A stretch of DNA of 64,000 nucleotides from Spirochaetia bacterium (GTDB lineage: Bacteria > Spirochaetota > Spirochaetia > SZUA-6 > Bin103): assembly GCA_965203905.1 (NCBI GenBank), contig CBDBDQ010000005.1, positions 6,688,001 to 6,752,000 on the forward strand, given 5' to 3'. The notes under the pieces were generated by a model. That model was not told where the DNA came from and did no database searches. It saw only the letters and a list, made by a program, of their open reading frames with translations. Positions 59,372 through 64,000 of the stretch are shown piece after piece. Position numbers and translations under genes: made by a program. Position 1 is the first letter of the stretch; the number at the start of each line of letters is the position of its first letter.

Positions 59372-59523
59372 CACGGCCACCCTACCACGTGCTTCGCAGA
59401 GAGGGGTGGTTGAGCCGGAGGCCGCGTACGCCGACGGCAAGCGACTCGGGATGGTCCACCCCACCGATGTGGACGATCTTCTCGTTCGCGAAGCGGAGCA
59501 CTGCCGGTGTGGGGTGCATGGCG

Positions 59524-60702
59524 TCAGAGCAGTGGCGTGCCGCCGTCGGGCAGCTCGTAGCGCGGGGGGTCGAGCGGCATATGGCCGTCCATCGTCGCGA
59601 GCGCCTCCGCGTCCAACTCGACTCCCAGCCCCGGCCGCCGCTCCAGCTCGTCCACTTCGATGTGGCCGTGCGTTACCGGCAGCGGATCGCGTTGCACGCG
59701 GTCGAACCACGGCTGCAGGGGGCAGTGCTCCAGGATCAGGAAGTTCTGGATCGCGGCTGCCACCTGGGCCGCGGCCGCCAGCGCCACCGGCCCGTACGGG
59801 TTGTGCGGCGCCATGAGGATGCCGTACACCTCCGCGTAGTGGGCGATCCGCAGCAGCTCGCTGATGCCCCCGGCGTGGCAGATGTCGGCTTGGCACACGT
59901 CGATCGCCTGCTGCTCGAACCACGGGCGGAAGTCCCAGCGCGAGACCATGCGCTCGCCCAGGGCGATCCTGATTCCCGGGAAGCGCTGCTTGAGCCGCGC
60001 CGTGGGGGCCACCGTGTCCTGGTTGGTCGGCTCCTCCACGAACAGTGGCGCCAGCGGCTCCAGCCCCTGCAACAGGCGGTGCGCGGCCTGGGGATCGAAC
60101 ATGCCGGCGGCGTCGATCATCAGGGCCGTCCGGTCGCCGAGGACTTGGCGCAGCCGGCGCACCTCGGCCACCGCCACCTCCGCCTGGCGCTGCGCATCGT
60201 ACGGCCGGGTGACGCTGCCGAAGCCGTGCTTGAAGGCATCGAACCCCAGTTCGCGGGCGCGGCGGGCCGCATCCTCCAACGCTACGCCGAAGAACTCCGG
60301 ACCGGAGCGGATGTAGCAGCGCACCCGCTCCCGCACCCTGCCGCCAAGCAGCCTGAACACCGGCAGCCCCGCCGCCTTGCCGGCGATGTCCCACAGGGCC
60401 TGGTCGATGCCGCTCATGGCGCTGCCGTGGACCACCCCGCGCCGCCACCAGAACTCGCGGAAGCCAAGCTGCCAGATGCGCTCGATCACGGTCGGATCCA
60501 TGCCCAGCAGGCGCGGCCGGAGTTCGCTCTCCACGTGCGCCTTGATCGCCAGCTCATGGTGCTCGGTGGTCGCCTCGCCCACCCCCTGCAGCCCGGCATC
60601 CGTGTCGACCTGGACGAACACCCAGTTGCGGTGCGCGCCGCCACCCGAACGCTGCACGGCCACCACCGTGCAGCGCACGTCGGTAATCTTCAGATGGCTC
60701 AC
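59524..60702 (-). CDS. Mandelate racemase / galactonate dehydratase-like enolase
   Basis: NWVFV..TD.G..G.GE, SGIDQALWDI.GK, EEP, GER, PHNP. Confidence 0.9.
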   Translation of the reverse strand: MSHLKITDVRCTVVAVQRSGGGAHRNWVFVQVDTDAGLQGVGEATTEHHELAIKAHVESELRPRLLGMDPTVIERIWQLGFREFWWRRGVVHGSAMSGIDQALWDIAGKAAGLPVFRLLGGRVRERVRCYIRSGPEFFGVALEDAARRARELGFDAFKHGFGSVTRPYDAQRQAEVAVAEVRRLRQVLGDRTALMIDAAGMFDPQAAHRLLQGLEPLAPLFVEEPTNQDTVAPTARLKQRFPGIRIALGERMVSRWDFRPWFEQQAIDVCQADICHAGGISELLRIAHYAEVYGILMAPHNPYGPVALAAAAQVAAAIQNFLILEHCPLQPWFDRVQRDPLPVTHGHIEVDELERRPGLGVELDAEALATMDGHMPLDPPRYELPDGGTPLL

Positions 60703-60730
60703 GTGCCACCTCCGGAGCCGTCCGCCGCGG

Positions 60731-61807
60731 TCACCGCTCCAGCTCCGGATGCAGCGGAAACTCGACCACCCGGCCGTCCTGCTGCGCGGAGCGGTAGGCG
60801 CCCTCCATCATCTCGACGCAGCGCAGTCCCTCGACCCAGGTGAGACACGGCTCGGCACCGCTGCCGATCCAGCGGAAGAAGTCGCCGATCTCGCGGCGGT
60901 AGGCATGGTCGAAGCCCAGGTCGTCGAAACGCTCGTGCCGCGGGGTGGCGGCGTCGAGGCGCTGCCAGTACAGGTCGATGTGGTCGAGCGCCGGCACCAG
61001 CTTGAAGCCCCCGTGAAGGCACTCCGCCCACGGCCCCTGCGACTCGCGGAACGCGTGCAGCGGAAACGACAGGCCGCCGGCGATCGTGGCCACGGCACCC
61101 GAGTGGAACCGGAACGTGGCGTGCACGATGTCGCGGAACCCGTAGCGGGAATCGTGCTGCGGCCCGAACACTGCGTGCACGTCCCGGGCATCGCCGCACA
61201 TGGCGCGAAACCAGTCGATCACGTGCACGCCGTGCATATGGAAGAAGCCGCCGCCGCGCGCCGGGTCCGCCCACCAAGTGTCGAAGAACTCGTAGGGCCG
61301 GTTGTCGGTGTACTGCGCCACCGTGATCGACAGCGGCGGACCGAGCAGGGCGTCCGCGGTCAGCTCCACCAGCCGCGCCCAGGGCGGCCGCAGCCGCCTC
61401 TTGTGCCCGACCATCAACTTGACGCCGTGACGCCGGTACGCCACCACCATGTCCCAGCACTCCCGCACCGTGCGCGCCATCGCCTTCTCGCAGAACACGT
61501 GCACTCCCGCCTCGGCGGCAGCCACGGCAATCTCCGCGTGCACGTGGTTGGCGGCCGTCACCAGCACCGCATCCAGACGTTCGCCCCGCAACAGCTCGCG
61601 GTAGTCCCCGTAGCCCGGCACGTCCGCCTGCAACTCGCTCGCCGTTGCCACGAGGTTGCCGGCAGCGGGATCGCACAGCGCCACCAGCTCGCCACACTCC
61701 CTGGCGTAGCGCGCCAGGTGCTTGCCGAAGTCCCCGCATCCCACCAGCGCAAATGGCGGCCGCCCGGTCCCCGCACCGGACGCCGCGGCAGAGGTCGATC
61801 CGCTCAT
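60731..61807 (-). CDS. Gfo/Idh/MocA oxidoreductase
   Basis: LVGCGDFG, CEKAMA, GGGFF..GVHVID. Confidence 0.88.
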   Translation of the reverse strand: MSGSTSAAASGAGTGRPPFALVGCGDFGKHLARYARECGELVALCDPAAGNLVATASELQADVPGYGDYRELLRGERLDAVLVTAANHVHAEIAVAAAEAGVHVFCEKAMARTVRECWDMVVAYRRHGVKLMVGHKRRLRPPWARLVELTADALLGPPLSITVAQYTDNRPYEFFDTWWADPARGGGFFHMHGVHVIDWFRAMCGDARDVHAVFGPQHDSRYGFRDIVHATFRFHSGAVATIAGGLSFPLHAFRESQGPWAECLHGGFKLVPALDHIDLYWQRLDAATPRHERFDDLGFDHAYRREIGDFFRWIGSGAEPCLTWVEGLRCVEMMEGAYRSAQQDGRVVEFPLHPELER

Positions 61808-61964
61808 GCAAGCGAGATCCTACTGCGGATCGCCGACCGGCGTCATCGCTACACGGCGGTTACGCCTTGCAAAGGCAACCTCCCACCTGCGCCGCAGCAC
61901 GACTTGTCGCTGACATGGTTCAAGATGCGTCTTGATATTCCGAACGGAGGTGCATTCACCGAAG

Positions 61965-63437
61965 TCAGGATCCGCTTGTACGATGGAGATGCTGTTGCGT
62001 AATGGCACTCGCAGCCTCGTCGACTCCTGGATAGAGGACCTCCCGCGTAACGTTCAGTAGCCGGAGTTCGTCGACAATCGCAAGCTTCCTCTCAAAGGGA
62101 ATCCGCAACTCGTGATGCCCATATAGCGGCACTTCAGCGATCCGTTTCGATACTTCTTCGCTTTCGAATCGCTCATGGAATGCTGAAACGAGAAACGCAC
62201 CAGATTGCGCTCTGAGACGGTCGAAAATGTGTTGTGGCTCCACGATAATGACTCTAAAAAAGTCTCGCCAATCGATTTTCGCATCGAAAGATGGACTCTC
62301 GTGCCGGATAAGGGCATACAGACGGGCCTTGGCTCGAGCAAACAGCTCTCGACAAGCGAGAAAATTGCCGGCCTCGGCAAAGAAGCAATCGCCCCGTGCG
62401 TCAGCCTCCGTCTTTCCCAGGAGCAGGTTTTGCTCGCGGCGTGGCAGTTTGGCGAAATTCGAGATGATCCTGACCGTATCGCTATTGAACGGTTTGATCA
62501 GAGACTTGGGAACGGCGAAAACATGTACCTTTCCATCCTCCTGTTCGTTATCAGTGCACGCGTTGAAGAGCGCGACGAGAGGATTGCGGGTAATGTCCAG
62601 CAGGCGTGTCTTCAAACCGTGATGTTGGGCAAAGACCCACTGCGCCAGAGCCGAGTTCACCCCGCCGAAGGCGTCCGGCTGACGGGTCATGAGATCGTTC
62701 AGCATTTCGGATTCTGCTGCTCGAAAAGCGTATACGCCGTCTCGAGTAGCTCGCATTGCGGAAGGGCGCAACTCCCAGGAGCAACAGCCTTCCCCTCTGA
62801 AGTACAGGATAGCGTGCTCTCCGTAAGCATCCCTTAGATCCCGACATGCATCCAGGAGATCGTTGATGCGTTCAACAGTCTTAGGAGGGAACGGAACAGG
62901 CGTGATCGAGTCTTCAACGGGTGGGAAATACAGTCGAGCCGTCCATGGCCTCGACAACATGAAATCACATCCGACGATCTTGGCGCTATACAGGTGTGCC
63001 CCGTCGAGCGTGCAGCGGAAGAACATCGCCGCTTCCAAATCAGCGCCGACTAGCTGGGCCGCGGAAAACTGGGAATCGAGGAACTGTGCCCTTACGAGTC
63101 TCGCTGAATGAAGTACGGCGCGCCTGAAGTCGGCTCCCACTCCAATTGAACCGGACAGATCGGTTCCGATTAGCTTGGAACCTGCTAAGTTGGAACCGAG
63201 AAAATGGGCAGTTGTTACGTTAGTATCCCTGAGCGTGGAATTGCTGAGGTCGGCGCCCGAAAGATTGATACCCTTCAGATTGACAGTGATCTGGCGTATG
63301 TCCTCGCGTTCGTGCCCCCCAAGTGATCTCGATATGTCCTCCGAACTGAGATCGGGGTCAAAGGGAGTCTCTCTTCGCCTGCGGTTCCAAGGTTCGACAC
63401 CTTCTCGCAACCAGTTTACATGTTCAGGGTTTGCCAT
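61965..63437 (-). CDS. Pentapeptide-repeat + FRG domain protein
   Basis: MANPEHVNWLREGVEPWN, then A(D/N)Lxx repeats; YFRGE, AQHHGLKTRLLDIT.NPLVALF, RLRAQSGAF; lower GC. Confidence 0.85.
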   Translation of the reverse strand: MANPEHVNWLREGVEPWNRRRRETPFDPDLSSEDISRSLGGHEREDIRQITVNLKGINLSGADLSNSTLRDTNVTTAHFLGSNLAGSKLIGTDLSGSIGVGADFRRAVLHSARLVRAQFLDSQFSAAQLVGADLEAAMFFRCTLDGAHLYSAKIVGCDFMLSRPWTARLYFPPVEDSITPVPFPPKTVERINDLLDACRDLRDAYGEHAILYFRGEGCCSWELRPSAMRATRDGVYAFRAAESEMLNDLMTRQPDAFGGVNSALAQWVFAQHHGLKTRLLDITRNPLVALFNACTDNEQEDGKVHVFAVPKSLIKPFNSDTVRIISNFAKLPRREQNLLLGKTEADARGDCFFAEAGNFLACRELFARAKARLYALIRHESPSFDAKIDWRDFFRVIIVEPQHIFDRLRAQSGAFLVSAFHERFESEEVSKRIAEVPLYGHHELRIPFERKLAIVDELRLLNVTREVLYPGVDEAASAITQQHLHRTSGS

Positions 63438-63513
63438 CCCGTCTCCGCAGATCGATAGCCGTCGAAATCACTCGTGCCCATCAATCGTCCCAACGACCGG
63501 ACACCGCACAATC

Positions 63514-64000
63514 TCAACGTGGTTTACCGCCTCGGCCACTGCCGCCCGCGCACTCATCATTCGCATGCGGACTCCAGCGCGCGGGTTTCCGGATATTGGT
63601 GCCGGGAATCGGATCCGGGAGCTGGGAACGCCTCAGGGCGTTGGGTCTGACGTGTCTTGAGAAGTGCGCATGCGCCATGAGTTGACGCGACGGGCGACCT
63701 GTTCCGGGCGTCACGAGGCCAATCCTCTTGCCATGATGTTGCCTGACGATGCGCATCGCTTCGGCGATGTCGCTGTCGTTGGTCGCCACGATCGCGCAAT
63801 CGTAGGCGTCGAGCCACCCGTCATTGAGCAACTGCACGGCGAGATTGACGTCCGAGCCCTTCTCCTCGGTCTTGATCACCTCGACCATTCTCCTGCGTCC
63901 GACAGGACGTACCAACGGGGCACGTACCGAATGGCTCAGGAAATGCCCGAAGTACACCTCGACCTGCGGCCGGTAGCGCCGGAGGGCGCGCAGATACACG
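63514..64000 (-). CDS. NYN domain protein (PIN-like fold), 5' end outside window
   Basis: KTEEKGSDVNLAV.LL.D...D.A...NDSD. Confidence 0.85.
   Translation of the reverse strand, partial: VYLRALRRYRPQVEVYFGHFLSHSVRAPLVRPVGRRRMVEVIKTEEKGSDVNLAVQLLNDGWLDAYDCAIVATNDSDIAEAMRIVRQHHGKRIGLVTPGTGRPSRQLMAHAHFSRHVRPNALRRSQLPDPIPGTNIRKPARWSPHANDECAGGSGRGGKPR

Overview
High-GC bacterial genomic window, roughly 65-70% GC by eye. The acidic mature N-termini of the family-5 solute-binding proteins (e.g. AWATGEEEE, LWASAAEE, ARPAGEEE) suggest a Spirochaetia-like organism; this is an inference. Contents in order: the 3' end of a vanadium-haloperoxidase/PAP2-type gene; three tandem Dpp/Opp-type SBP-permease-permease operons without ATPases (0.4-15.8 kb); a toxin-antitoxin 'graveyard' (4.8-8 kb); two tandem AAA_14/DUF4143 ATPases; an ADH-PhyH-SDR operon; a DUF222-HNH gene; an amidohydrolase; gdhA; a ~16.5 kb low-GC (~50%) island with a complete ABC importer and four large uncharacterised glycoside-hydrolase-like/TPR genes (29.5-46 kb); sugar and sugar-acid catabolic genes (46.8-61.8 kb); and an NYN plus pentapeptide-FRG pair at the right edge. 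The most striking unexplained structure is that accessory cargo genes (TA modules, DUF4143 ATPases) are repeatedly followed within 0-40 nt by degenerate copies of resident genes, mostly 3' ends (dppC three times, the SDR, the PhyH gene) plus an internal aldolase piece. This looks like an integrase-less cassette array that uses gene 3' ends as integration anchors. In most TA modules the toxin is destroyed while the antitoxin is retained. No rRNA, tRNA, CRISPR array, integrase or transposase was recognised. All family calls come from motif recognition without database searches, and identities are hand counts.
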